The translations under genes were made by a program, and so were the position numbers. A DNA stretch of 59,315 nt from an uncultured virus (IMG/VR IMGVR_UViG_3300044678_003809) (lineage: Duplodnaviria; Heunggongvirae; Uroviricota; Caudoviricetes), in IMG/VR virus record IMGVR_UViG_3300044678_003809. One strand, written 5' to 3'. Below, one piece after another: positions 1 through 14,606 of this stretch. The notes under the pieces are model-generated. The model was not told the origin of the DNA, ran no database searches, and was given only the letters and a program-made list of their open reading frames with translations. Each line of letters starts with the position of its first letter. Position 1 is the stretch's first letter.

Positions 1-2
1 GC

Positions 3-79
3 CTCCGCGTCCTCAGCTCTGGTGGCGCGTACACCTGCTGCGCTGTTGCAACGGTACTTCTGCCCCCGGGGGTGTCCGC

Positions 80-83
<4 letters not shown>
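3..83 (+). CDS. 3' end of a CDS truncated by the window edge
   Basis: Open frame LRVLSS...PPGVSA ending in TGA 81-83, overlapping the next ATG (ATGA coupling). Confidence 0.4.
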
Positions 84-2292
<2,209 letters not shown>

Positions 2293-2325
2293 CTTTAAAT
2301 CAAAGCCTTCTGACTTAGTTACCTA

Positions 2326-5062
<2,737 letters not shown>

Positions 5063-5224
5063 ATTCGACTGAGTGGCAGATGTACTTGGAGCAACGCGGA
5101 GTTCGCCAGTGGTGGGCTCCGCGTTTTACATTTAAAACGGCTAGTTTCCGTCCTACCGACGTGTACGATGCAATTTACAGGTGGCCGAACAGGCCCCGTA
5201 ATTTGCGTAATGTGGGGTCGGCTT

Positions 5225-6292
5225 GTGCGCATTTGTGTTTACGCAATCTCGAAGAACGAAGAATTGTTCGTAGAACGCTGCATCCGTAGCGCGGCAGACG
5301 CCGATTTGTTTGTGCTCTGCGATACGGGCAGCACTGATCGGACGGTAGAGCTTGCGCGTGACGCAGGCGCCACGGTCTACGACATCACCGTCCGCCCGTG
5401 GCGCTTCGACCACGCGCGTAACATCGCGATGGGGTTGATTCCATCGGACGTGGACGTGTGCATCAGCCTCGATGTCGATGAAGTGCTGGAACCGGGATGG
5501 CGCCAGCATATCGAGCAGCATTGGAGGCCCAACACGACGTCGATGCGCGTGTTGTTTGATTGGGGTGGTGGTGTTTTCGGCCAGACACGGATTCACAGTC
5601 GCCATGGTTGGATGTGGCGCCACCCGTGTCACGAGGCGTTGTACCTCGATTCGCGCGTGGCGGGGAGTCCAACGGACTTGAACGTACTGCTATTGCGGCA
5701 CTTGCCTGATCCAACCAAGTCGCGTGCTCAGTATCTCGACTTGCTTAGGGCTGGAGCAACGGAAGACCCGTTTTGTTCGCGTAACAGCTTCTACTACGCG
5801 CGTGAGTTGACGTACCACCGGCTGTGGGCCGAAGCCGCCACCGAGTTGGAGCGATACCTAGCACTTCCGACAGCGGTGTGGCCTGCGGAGCGGGCCTTGG
5901 TGGCGCGTCTCTTGGGTGATGCGTGTGAAGCTCTGAACCGCGGGGATGCGGCGTTGGAGTGGTACAAGCGGGGTACGTCGGAAGACCCGTTGCGCCGTGA
6001 GCCCTGGGTTGCATTGGCTGACGCCATGTACCGGCGCGCGCAATGGTCCGAGTGCTTGGCTGCCGCAATGAAAGCCCTACAAATCGTCGATTTCAGGACG
6101 ACGTGGCCGAACGACGCCACGGCCTGGGGCTGGAAACCGCACGACTTGGCTGCCATTGCGGCCTACCGGCTTGGCCACGCGGATTTGGCGGTGACGCAGG
6201 GCCGATTGGCCCTAGAATATGCGCCAGCAGATCAGAGATTGAACACCAACATGAAGTTCTACGAAGAACTTGCACGAGGTAAACCTGAATGA
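5225..6292 (+). CDS. Glycosyltransferase family 2 with TPR repeats
   Basis: ICVYAISKNEE, DTGSTDRT, FDHARN, LDVDE (DxD) and HE motifs, with helical TPR-like C-terminus. Likely GTG start at 5225. Confidence 0.9.
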   Translation: MRICVYAISKNEELFVERCIRSAADADLFVLCDTGSTDRTVELARDAGATVYDITVRPWRFDHARNIAMGLIPSDVDVCISLDVDEVLEPGWRQHIEQHWRPNTTSMRVLFDWGGGVFGQTRIHSRHGWMWRHPCHEALYLDSRVAGSPTDLNVLLLRHLPDPTKSRAQYLDLLRAGATEDPFCSRNSFYYARELTYHRLWAEAATELERYLALPTAVWPAERALVARLLGDACEALNRGDAALEWYKRGTSEDPLRREPWVALADAMYRRAQWSECLAAAMKALQIVDFRTTWPNDATAWGWKPHDLAAIAAYRLGHADLAVTQGRLALEYAPADQRLNTNMKFYEELARGKPE

Positions 6293-6483
6293 AGTCGGTG
6301 GTGAGCGTAACGTGTGCGAATTGCGGAACCAAGTATCGGACGACGTTTCGTAAAGGCGGGCGAAAGCCCGCCCGTACGTGCCCGGCTTGCAACAGTGACC
6401 AGTTCGTGCTGACGCCGACGATGCTTGATGATCAGAACGTCTCCGGCTCGAATTTGTTGGATGACGGCGGGCGCCAGTCCTGA
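6289..6483 (+). CDS. Small zinc-ribbon protein
   Basis: CANC...CPAC. ATGA overlap with the upstream gene. Confidence 0.65.
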   Translation: MKSVVSVTCANCGTKYRTTFRKGGRKPARTCPACNSDQFVLTPTMLDDQNVSGSNLLDDGGRQS

Positions 6484-6674
6484 CCCGGAAGATGGTCGGT
6501 GCTCGCTTCCAGATGTACGCGGAGGTCAGCGCGAACGCCTACCGATTGGGCGTCGTCGCGCACTCTGGAACCACGACGAGTACCCCCCCGTGGGGGACTT
6601 GACAGCCAACTCCTCGGTTGAGTCTTGCCTTTCCCGCCCATCCTGGCATCTTGACTACTTACAGGAGCCACGTC

Positions 6675-6884
6675 ATGTCGACATCCCCATCCTCAAACGG
6701 CCTCGGACCCTGGCGGACAATCATACTCGCCATGTTCGCCATCTTGGCGATCATGGTCGTGGTGTTCATGGAGCGCCCCGAGGGCGTCACCATGAAGGCG
6801 ATCGAAACCATCGCGTACATCGCCGGTGGTGGGGCGGTTTACAGGTACTTGGCCGACCGCAACAAGATCGGAAAGGACGCCTGA
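6675..6884 (+). CDS. Small two-TM membrane protein (holin-like)
   Basis: AGGAG RBS, two hydrophobic segments and a charged C-terminal tail. Confidence 0.6.
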   Translation: MSTSPSSNGLGPWRTIILAMFAILAIMVVVFMERPEGVTMKAIETIAYIAGGGAVYRYLADRNKIGKDA

Positions 6885-7267
6885 TGGCCAGCCCACAGAG
6901 CAGCATTCTGGACCCCGAGAAAACCCGTATTCACCTGCTCCCCCGACATCTCGTCGCGCTGGCGGCCCTGCTCCTGGGCGGGGCGGCCTACGCATACGAT
7001 TTGCGGTCGGAAGTCGCTCGGTTGGGCATGCGACTTGACGGTTTGGGTGACGCCCCGGGCATCTCGGTTCGCGTACAACACGTCGAAACAGAGCAGGGTG
7101 GGCTGCGCGACAGTATGCGCAGCTTGGAAGAACAATTCCGGCAACTGCGTGCCCAAGTCGAAACGCGGGACCGACTGGACATGGAAGACCGACGTCGTCT
7201 CGGTGAGCTGCTCACCCGGATCGAGAAACAACTGGACAGCTCACGCACACCCAGTCGGAGACCCTGA
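6884..7267 (+). CDS. Single-TM coiled-coil protein
   Basis: TGATG coupling. LVALAALLLGGAAYAY TM followed by a heptad-rich helix. Confidence 0.65.
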   Translation: MASPQSSILDPEKTRIHLLPRHLVALAALLLGGAAYAYDLRSEVARLGMRLDGLGDAPGISVRVQHVETEQGGLRDSMRSLEEQFRQLRAQVETRDRLDMEDRRRLGELLTRIEKQLDSSRTPSRRP

Positions 7268-7497
7268 TGGCGTCTCTGATTCTACAAGTCCTTCTCCAAG
7301 CAGCGTTCCTGCTCTCCGACGGCTCCCCACCGCCACCCGCGGATGCCTTGATCGCACACGCCGAGAGCCTGCTACGCCGACTCCAAGTGCGAACGGTTGG
7401 TGTGCGAGGTCCTGTCCCAACGGCCCCGAGTCTGCCGGCGAAGGAGCAAGATGTTGCGGCGGCAACACCCGCCAGCCCGGGGGACGGTTCCCCATGA
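7267..7497 (+). CDS. Small protein with hydrophobic N-terminus
   Basis: TGATG coupling with the upstream gene. Confidence 0.45.
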   Translation: MASLILQVLLQAAFLLSDGSPPPPADALIAHAESLLRRLQVRTVGVRGPVPTAPSLPAKEQDVAAATPASPGDGSP

Positions 7498-7540
7498 GAA
7501 TCGGCATTCAACTCTAATCGATGTACTGGATACCTCAGGC

Positions 7541-7849
7541 ATGAGTCGTGTGGGCATAAAAAGTCGGCAAGATGGCGCCGTCGTGTATCTTGACTTCTTC
7601 GCGGTGAGCAACAAGGGGGAAGGTCGGAAAGCCTACAATCAGTGGGAGCAAGCACAACCCCCCGATGTCGAACGCGTCGTCATTGAATCCGTCGAAGGTG
7701 CCGAGGGTTTTTGGCGCAAGATGGGCTTCACACGCATGTACCTTGAGGACCCGGACCCCGACTTCAATGTGCCTGCCATCATGGTCAAAGGTATCAACGG
7801 GTACCCGACACCGACGCCTGTAGACTATGTCACGGATGATGCGTGGTAG
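7541..7849 (+). CDS. GNAT-like acetyltransferase
   Basis: KGEGR (motif A-like) and AEGFWRKMGF (motif B-like). Ends in TAG. Confidence 0.55.
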   Translation: MSRVGIKSRQDGAVVYLDFFAVSNKGEGRKAYNQWEQAQPPDVERVVIESVEGAEGFWRKMGFTRMYLEDPDPDFNVPAIMVKGINGYPTPTPVDYVTDDAW

Positions 7850-7933
7850 GTCCGCAACGCCTTGGGAAGACAAGAAGGGTTGAAGAATCAGCCCGTGCGC
7901 GGCATGGTGATCACGTCCAACAGGAGTGATCAC

Positions 7934-9712
7934 ATGCCGGCACCCAGCGCCTCCGCGAAAGACCCCATCGCCCGAGCGGTCAAGCACACCGCGGGCGGCT
8001 CGTCCGCACCCGTCGCCTCCCTCCGTTCACCGCTGACCATCGAGCAGTACGTCAACGCGGGCCTCGCAAACATCGTTTCGAGCTGCCGACACGGTTGGTG
8101 GCCGACGCGACTGCCCGTCGAGAGCATCCTCGGGCTCAGTGCGGCCGACCCCCAGGTGGTCGACCTGGTCATCTGCCTGCAGCAGCGCCTCGGCCTGCCG
8201 GTGACGGGGCAGGTCGACGAGGCGACTTGGGTCGCCTTCCAGCGGGAAGCGGCAGCTCGCACGGGTGAGGGCCTCCGCATCCGGGGGGCCTTCAACCTCG
8301 ATGCACCGGCGGCCAGCCTGCCCGTGCGGCTCTGCGGCGGTCGGGTCGCTCGCCACGGTACGTGGTCTGCCACCGCAGCGGAAACGCGATCTGCACTGGC
8401 GGCTCGTGACGCCACGCCCGCACGGCGGACGCCGATCACGGTTCATCCCTGGCGAAATACGGTTTCCGTGCTCGGTCGCCGTCAGCGGACGGGCAACACG
8501 GGGACCGAGGTCTTCGGCTTGACCTTCGGCCAGGTGCTTCAGGCGTGCGTGTGGAACCGCTATGTGGCGGCCCTCGCCCCGGGGCAGAGCACCGTCTACA
8601 GCCGACCCGACGACGCGCTGGTGGGGCTGCGGGTCCGCCCGAACGTGCCGCGCCCGCTGACCCGGTTGTCCGGGGCCGACAGCCCCATCTTGGCCCTCTG
8701 GGTCGCGCAGTGGGAGCTGACGAAGGGCTGGGCGCCCAAGGGCATGTTCACGGCCCGCATCTCGTCGGCCATTCGTGAGGAGATGCGCGCCGGCACCGAC
8801 TGGGGACGTCGATTCAGCCTCCTGATCATGTTCAGTTCGGAGCAGACGACCCGGCCCCAGGTCGACGAACTGAACGCCCGGCGGCGGGCGGCGGCGCAGC
8901 GCGGGACTCGGAGTGACGGTGTCGTGTCGAACCTGCAGCCCAAGCTCGTGGGCGCACAGGCGAGCGGCACCGAGAAACTTCGCCTGGCCACGCAGGTGCA
9001 GCGCGATCAGTATGCGCGAGAGCAGAGCCTGACGGCATCGAGCAAGGGACTGGTCGCGCAGTGGAAGCAGGACGTCGGCAACTCCGCTGCCGCGGCGGGC
9101 CGTGGCGCCATGCCGGCGACGGGGGGCCGTGGCGGCTTCGTCACGCCGACCCTCGCGAGCAAGATGGCCAACCCCGTATTCGACTTCGGGGGGCCCCTTG
9201 TGCGTACCAGCAACCCGACCGGGCAGACGCCCGCGGGGGATGCGACGAACGACAGCGAGATCGTGGGCACAGCCCAGACACCCGCGGGTGAGGTGACAAA
9301 CGACAGCGAGATCGTGGATACGACCGCCGACGTCGCCTTCGACTCGAGCGACCCCGGCGCGGGTACTCCCGGGACGCCCATCGTGCCCGAGGTGACGGCC
9401 ACTCGGAGTGGTGGCAGCGGTGGCGGATCGGAGCCCAGCGCGTTCAACGCCGGCAACGCCGCTTGGTCCTCCGCTTCCGCTGCGGACATCGAGCGTGCCC
9501 GCGGTGACGACAGCGAAGACGCGTGGGCTTTCGACGGTTCGGCGGCACAAGCGGACGTTCCCGTGGTGGCCGGACCGCAGGAAGTCGCCAACATCCAGCC
9601 CGCGGGGGCTCCTCCGGCCACGACGGCCCCGCGGCGGAACGCCAAAGGGGTCTTCCTCTTCATTGGCGTCGCCGCCGGCCTCTTCTTCCTGCTCCGATCA
9701 CCCGCAAACTGA
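7934..9712 (+). CDS. Protein with a peptidoglycan-binding-like motif and C-terminal TM anchor
   Basis: AGGAG RBS. LQQRLGLPVTGQVDEATW (PG_binding_1-like). C-terminal GVFLFIGVAAGLFFLL. Confidence 0.7.
   Translation: MPAPSASAKDPIARAVKHTAGGSSAPVASLRSPLTIEQYVNAGLANIVSSCRHGWWPTRLPVESILGLSAADPQVVDLVICLQQRLGLPVTGQVDEATWVAFQREAAARTGEGLRIRGAFNLDAPAASLPVRLCGGRVARHGTWSATAAETRSALAARDATPARRTPITVHPWRNTVSVLGRRQRTGNTGTEVFGLTFGQVLQACVWNRYVAALAPGQSTVYSRPDDALVGLRVRPNVPRPLTRLSGADSPILALWVAQWELTKGWAPKGMFTARISSAIREEMRAGTDWGRRFSLLIMFSSEQTTRPQVDELNARRRAAAQRGTRSDGVVSNLQPKLVGAQASGTEKLRLATQVQRDQYAREQSLTASSKGLVAQWKQDVGNSAAAAGRGAMPATGGRGGFVTPTLASKMANPVFDFGGPLVRTSNPTGQTPAGDATNDSEIVGTAQTPAGEVTNDSEIVDTTADVAFDSSDPGAGTPGTPIVPEVTATRSGGSGGGSEPSAFNAGNAAWSSASAADIERARGDDSEDAWAFDGSAAQADVPVVAGPQEVANIQPAGAPPATTAPRRNAKGVFLFIGVAAGLFFLLRSPAN
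9224..9317 (+). repeat. 51-bp-period tandem duplication (QTPAGxxTNDSEIV x2)
   Basis: Copies start at 9224 and 9275. Confidence 0.85.
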
Positions 9713-9793
9713 CATCGACGGCCCTCTCGTTTTTGGTGCGACACGGCGCGTCATGCGCTACCGTGTCGTGGAAGCACAAATGGAGAGGCCTGC

Positions 9794-10612
9794 ATGCACT
9801 ATTTCGCAAACCCCACAGCCAAATCCGTTCGCCAGCCTCGTGGTGTACGGGGGCTGATGGGCGTCAACATGGCCAACCTCGCGGATTGGGCCAAGCGGAT
9901 CGACTTCGCCGCAGCTCGGGCATACAACGCGCGGTCAAGTCGCGACAACGGGTGGACGATCCACCCCGGCGTGGGGGTCGACCCGGGGTCCGACGACTTC
10001 GTGATGTATGTCGCCGCGTTCCAGCACGGGGCCGGGCTCACGGTCGACGGTCAACTCGGACCACGCACCATCGCCAAGGTCCAAAGCGGCATCATCGTGC
10101 CATTCGACAACGGCACCCTCGGCAAGACGGTCGTTTTCGGTGGCATCGACACCGCGTTCGCCGGCCGGTACAACCAGCAGTCCGCCGTCGCGCACGGGTG
10201 GACCACGATCGCCGGGAAGGCCTACACCTCTCCCGCCGATCCGAAGCTGGCGCAGGACGTCGCCGCCGTGCAGCGGGCGAACAACATCCGCGTGACCGGT
10301 ACGCTCGATGAGCCCACCCGCGCGCTGTTCATCCGCCTCATCAACGAGTGCGCCCGACCGGGGCAACTGATCTCCGACAGCCTGCGCTTCCCCGGTGCCT
10401 CCTGCGGCACCCCCCTTCCTCGCGACGAACCCGCCGTGAAGCCCAAGAAGGAGAAGACGCCGGTCAAGAAGGAGGTCGCCCCGCGACGCGACGAGGCACC
10501 TCCCGCCCGCGAGAAGGCCGACACGCCCCCCGCCGCCAAGAAGAGCAGCGCCGGTCTCGTGGTCGGCATCATGGCCGCCGCTGCCGGCGCCTACTACCTT
10601 ACCCAGGGGTGA
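9794..10612 (+). CDS. Protein with two peptidoglycan-binding-like domains and a C-terminal TM anchor
   Basis: VAAFQHGAGLTVDGQLGPRT and VAAVQRANNIRVTGTLDEPT. Ends GLVVGIMAAAAGAYYLTQG. Confidence 0.8.
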   Translation: MHYFANPTAKSVRQPRGVRGLMGVNMANLADWAKRIDFAAARAYNARSSRDNGWTIHPGVGVDPGSDDFVMYVAAFQHGAGLTVDGQLGPRTIAKVQSGIIVPFDNGTLGKTVVFGGIDTAFAGRYNQQSAVAHGWTTIAGKAYTSPADPKLAQDVAAVQRANNIRVTGTLDEPTRALFIRLINECARPGQLISDSLRFPGASCGTPLPRDEPAVKPKKEKTPVKKEVAPRRDEAPPAREKADTPPAAKKSSAGLVVGIMAAAAGAYYLTQG

Positions 10613-10616
10613 CACG

Positions 10617-11408
10617 ATGCGCTACGTTAAAAGCCGTTTGCGGGGCCTCTCCGCTCCCATTTTGAGCGGATCGGCCGCCGGTTGGAACGCCCGGAAAGCG
10701 GGCGGCCTCGGGTGGTCCGTGCGCGCAGGCGGACCCTACAGTGGGGTCGGCGACTCCAAGCTCGCCCGCGATCTCTACTGCTTCATTCACGACACGAACA
10801 TGCTCCGCAAGGCCCTCGGGCCCAACAACCCCGACTGGCCGCAGGTTCAATACTGCGATGGCGCGTGCAACCCAGACGTCGCGCAGGGAACGAAGGACCA
10901 CAACTGCTACAACAGAGACGGCATGCTCGGTGAACGGTCCATCGCGGAGATCGCCAACGTGATCGGTGTTCACCTTGACGGTGACACGGTCGCGTTCCCG
11001 AGCGGTCGTGACTGGGGCGAGCACTGGTATCGTGCCCTCGACCTCTCACGCACCCGATGTCCCCCGTCCGCTGGCAAGCGGTACCCGGTACCCTCCGCCA
11101 GCGGCCCCGCTGGGTGGGTCGTGCAAAGCGGCCAACAGCAGACCGCCGTCGAGGCCTGCGTGGCCCAGGGCAACAGCGCCTCGACGTGCGCCCCGCCGCC
11201 GCCCCCCGATGCTGCGCCCCCGCCTCCCGCGCCGCCCGCTCCGCCTCTGCCCCCCCGGAAGGAAAAGAAGCCCCCGGCGAAGAAGCCTCCGGCGAAGAAG
11301 CCTCCGGCGAAGAAGCCTCCGGCGAAGCCCCCCACCAAGTCCAACACGGGGGTCGTCGTCGGACTGATGGCGGCGGCTGCCGGTGCGTACTACCTCACCC
11401 AGGCCTGA
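10617..11408 (+). CDS. Cys-rich protein with Pro/Lys linker and C-terminal TM anchor (paralogous tail)
   Basis: Several Cys, KKPPA repeats. Ends GVVVGLMAAAAGAYYLTQA. Confidence 0.75.
   Translation: MRYVKSRLRGLSAPILSGSAAGWNARKAGGLGWSVRAGGPYSGVGDSKLARDLYCFIHDTNMLRKALGPNNPDWPQVQYCDGACNPDVAQGTKDHNCYNRDGMLGERSIAEIANVIGVHLDGDTVAFPSGRDWGEHWYRALDLSRTRCPPSAGKRYPVPSASGPAGWVVQSGQQQTAVEACVAQGNSASTCAPPPPPDAAPPPPAPPAPPLPPRKEKKPPAKKPPAKKPPAKKPPAKPPTKSNTGVVVGLMAAAAGAYYLTQA
11265..11330 (+). repeat. 15-bp tandem repeat encoding KKPPA x4
   Basis: aagaagcc(t/c)ccggcg x4. Confidence 0.9.
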
Positions 11409-11419
11409 ACGAGGACTCC

Positions 11420-13831
11420 ATGCCCCGCAAGCAGCCTCCCTCGCGCACGAAGCGTACGCGCCGGAATGCCGATCAGCCGGCAACCCCGCCGGTCGTCACC
11501 CCCACAGTCACCGAGAGCCCCACCGTGGCGCAGGTCATCAAGGCCGACGCCACGCCGGTAGCACCCACGGCCGCTCCGGCCCCCGGTGCGGCTCGGCCGA
11601 ATCGGGGGGCACCCCCCTCCCCCATCGAGACCGGCGCGGCTCAGGGGCGTTCCGGTCCTCGTGAGTCCCTCCGAACGCCGGTCGTCCTGCAGCACACGGC
11701 GCTGCAGGTCTATCGATCGCTCCGCAAGAAGATCGCGGACCCCAGCGAGCGCCGACAGCGGGCCTTCGCCATCGCTACGGCCTCCATGCAGAACGCCGGG
11801 GTCATGGTGCCCGGCAGCCGGCGGCTGACCCCGTATGGTCGGCGCATCGAGCGCGAGCACGTTCGCGAGGACCCCGAAGTCCTCGCCCGGAAGCTGCGCG
11901 CCTACGAGCGCATGCTCCGGGCCGGCGACTTCGATCGGGCAGTGGCTGAGGGCCGCATGAACGGGGCGTCTGCCGAGTGGTTCGTCACTCTCGAGGACAA
12001 CGGGGTGTGCGAGATCGAATCGCACTGGCCCGACGAGGCCCGAGCCAACGGTCACCGCGACCAGGTCGACGACTCGATCCGTCGGGGCGTGTGGCGGACG
12101 ATCAATGGCGGTTCACCCACAGCCGTCGTGCGCCACCGAAGCCACTTCGTCGGCCAGCCCCGCAACAACGGGGACGACCTCATCGCCAAGATCCGCGAGA
12201 CTGCCCAGAAGGCTGCCGACTTCCGTCTCCACGGCGCCATCGATCAGGCGAAGCACCTCGACGCGGAACTCGACCATCTCATGGCGAGGGCCGAGCGACT
12301 TGGGCAGCACGACGCGGCCGTCGAGGCCGAAGAGACGGGCCGAGAAGCCGCTCGTGGGCGTCGCAACGGCCAGGTCGAAGATGAGAGCACGGCGCCCCAG
12401 TGGATTCATCTCTCCCCCGACGTGGCCCAGATGGCGCAGCACTGGTGGTGGGGGCAGGGCGACCCTCTCTACGCCGTCGTGTCACGGCACTTCGCGGGAC
12501 TGTCCACCTGGGACGTCAGCGGCTCCCGAACGCTGATCCAGGCGACCCCCGACGAGATCGAGCGCCTGCAGCAAGTCGCGGCCGAGCAACTCGAGGCCGA
12601 AGGCTCGGACGAGGAGATGTCCGCTGCATACTCGGTCGTCCACGAGGGCGCGCTCTTCGACATCGGCGAGGGCCCCGAGCGCAGCAACGCGCATCGACCC
12701 AACGGCCGCCGTACCGCCGAGCGTCCGCCCGTTGCGGTGTCGGACCTGGTGCGGATGGGGCACGACCTGATGGCCGTGCTGCCGAACTGGAGTCCGGGGA
12801 ACGCGAGCGAGTCCGAGATTCGACGCCTGCACCGCCAGCACTTCCCCGCCCAGTACCGCGGGCAGCAGCCCTCGAGCCCCTCGCGCTCCAACGCGGGGGC
12901 CTGCATGAACCCCCAGCACCGTCGCAACGGATCTCACCAGGGCTCGGCGTGTCGCCCCTCGCGGATGAATGCCGCCGCCTGTGCGAACCCCCAGCACCGC
13001 CGCAACGGCTCTCACGCGGGGTCGTCGTGCGAGATGCCGCGCTCGAACGCCACGGGTTGGGCGTTCAAGCTCGACGTCGAGGCCATGGACGCCGCCCTGC
13101 TGCGGGTGGGCAACACGGCGGCCTCCGAGGTCACCGACTGGATGGTCGAGACCGCCAAGACGGGCGGTGCGCAGTCGGCTGCCCGGGTTCTCCTGCTGCG
13201 GGCCTACGATGGTCAGGAGCGGGACGTCCCGCAGGTCGTTCGGCTCCTCGAAAGCCACAACTACGACGAGGCCGTGGCCATCGCCGCGGGGACGCGGCAG
13301 AACGGTCGGTCCACGGGGCACCGCGAGATGCTCGAGGAGATCCGCCACCTCGCCGAGGAGACGGAGGTCGCCGAGGCCAACGGCTCGTACGGACTCGCCA
13401 GGCGTCTGCGGGGCACGCTCCACAGCCTGCTCGAGCAGGCCTCGATCTCGGGGTCGGAGGTCCGGTTCGAGGCCGACAAGGCGGTCGAGCGCGGGGTTCG
13501 TGCCGCGAAGCACCAAGTCGGCCGCGCCAACCCGACCGCGCTCCAGATGGCCGAGTGGGACGCCGCACACACGATGTCCGCCGAGCAGAACGAGCTGCTG
13601 AAGCGCATCTGGCAATGCGGCTACGACATGGCGAAGCCGGGAGCGCCCCGGTCCGCCGAGGCCCTCCGGCTCAACGAATTGGCCGGCGAACTGCGGGCCG
13701 CCGCCAAGCTGGCCAAGATCCCCGTCGCCTACATCGAGCAGGCCGAGGAAGATGGCTTCATGCGGGGGTGCGACTACTCCATGCCCCGCAGTAGCCGGTC
13801 CCGTCCCGCCCCGCGCCGCAAGCGCCGGTGA
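11420..13831 (+). CDS. Large modular protein punctuated by R-x-N-[G/A/P] motifs (putative polyprotein)
   Basis: GAGGA RBS before ATG 11420. 803 aa with more than 12 RxN[GAP] motifs between small helical modules. Confidence 0.75.
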   Translation: MPRKQPPSRTKRTRRNADQPATPPVVTPTVTESPTVAQVIKADATPVAPTAAPAPGAARPNRGAPPSPIETGAAQGRSGPRESLRTPVVLQHTALQVYRSLRKKIADPSERRQRAFAIATASMQNAGVMVPGSRRLTPYGRRIEREHVREDPEVLARKLRAYERMLRAGDFDRAVAEGRMNGASAEWFVTLEDNGVCEIESHWPDEARANGHRDQVDDSIRRGVWRTINGGSPTAVVRHRSHFVGQPRNNGDDLIAKIRETAQKAADFRLHGAIDQAKHLDAELDHLMARAERLGQHDAAVEAEETGREAARGRRNGQVEDESTAPQWIHLSPDVAQMAQHWWWGQGDPLYAVVSRHFAGLSTWDVSGSRTLIQATPDEIERLQQVAAEQLEAEGSDEEMSAAYSVVHEGALFDIGEGPERSNAHRPNGRRTAERPPVAVSDLVRMGHDLMAVLPNWSPGNASESEIRRLHRQHFPAQYRGQQPSSPSRSNAGACMNPQHRRNGSHQGSACRPSRMNAAACANPQHRRNGSHAGSSCEMPRSNATGWAFKLDVEAMDAALLRVGNTAASEVTDWMVETAKTGGAQSAARVLLLRAYDGQERDVPQVVRLLESHNYDEAVAIAAGTRQNGRSTGHREMLEEIRHLAEETEVAEANGSYGLARRLRGTLHSLLEQASISGSEVRFEADKAVERGVRAAKHQVGRANPTALQMAEWDAAHTMSAEQNELLKRIWQCGYDMAKPGAPRSAEALRLNELAGELRAAAKLAKIPVAYIEQAEEDGFMRGCDYSMPRSSRSRPAPRRKRR

Positions 13832-13868
13832 GCCGCAAGGTCCACCCGCAGGCCGCCTCCTGACCTTC

Positions 13869-14606
13869 TCAAGCCCCCGTCGTACAGAGCACCCCGCACT
13901 CGATGTCGGGCTCGTCCTCGAGCCTGCCCGCCAGGGGGTCCAGCTCGTCCAAGAACACCCGCACCCGCACCCCACGGACCTGCTTCGACAGGATGGCCAC
14001 GTTCAGGTCCCGCTCCTGTCGCGCCATCTTCTGGAAGATGTCGGGGAAGTCCCGCCGCACCTTGTTCCAGTAGCCCATCCCGCCCTTCACGCACCCGATG
14101 CAGTTGTTGTTCTTGTACCCGAGGCGGTACATCATCGGGAGCTGGATTCCAGCCTCGCGGACGATGCGGTGACAGTCGTCCTTGGTGAGGCCCTGCTCGA
14201 ACAGCGGGAACCGCGCGTTGATCTCCGGGTTCTCCTGATGGAAGCGCACGATGCGCACCCCCTCGTCGACCGTGTACCCGAAGATGTGCAGGTCGTCGAC
14301 CCGCTGGTACCGCTTGCGCACCACCTTCTTCAGCTCGGTGGTACAGCGCGCTCCCTTGGGGCCGACCAAGTAACGCGTCTTCTCGAAGACGTCGTAGATG
14401 TCTCGGTAGTCCGGGTTCTTGAGCACTTGGATGGGCTGGCCGACCCATCGTTCCACGTCGTGGAGGAAGCGGATGTTGTCCGGGTGCTCATACGCCAGCG
14501 TGTCGCAGTACAGCACCTCGACGCCCTGGTACTGCTCGACGGCGATGCGGGCCGCGACGGCCGACGCATCACCACAGGAGAACCAACTCAGGACTCGAGG
14601 TTCCAT
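13869..14606 (-). CDS. PAPS reductase-family (adenine nucleotide alpha hydrolase) protein
   Basis: SWFSCGDASAVA PP-loop-like, CTTELK, NNCIGC and terminal CGVLC. Confidence 0.85.
   Translation of the reverse strand: MEPRVLSWFSCGDASAVAARIAVEQYQGVEVLYCDTLAYEHPDNIRFLHDVERWVGQPIQVLKNPDYRDIYDVFEKTRYLVGPKGARCTTELKKVVRKRYQRVDDLHIFGYTVDEGVRIVRFHQENPEINARFPLFEQGLTKDDCHRIVREAGIQLPMMYRLGYKNNNCIGCVKGGMGYWNKVRRDFPDIFQKMARQERDLNVAILSKQVRGVRVRVFLDELDPLAGRLEDEPDIECGVLCTTGA

Noticed and set aside
6675..7497. Complete holin/spanin lysis cassette
   Set aside because: No lipobox and no adjacent clear endolysin. Only generic membrane proteins can be supported.
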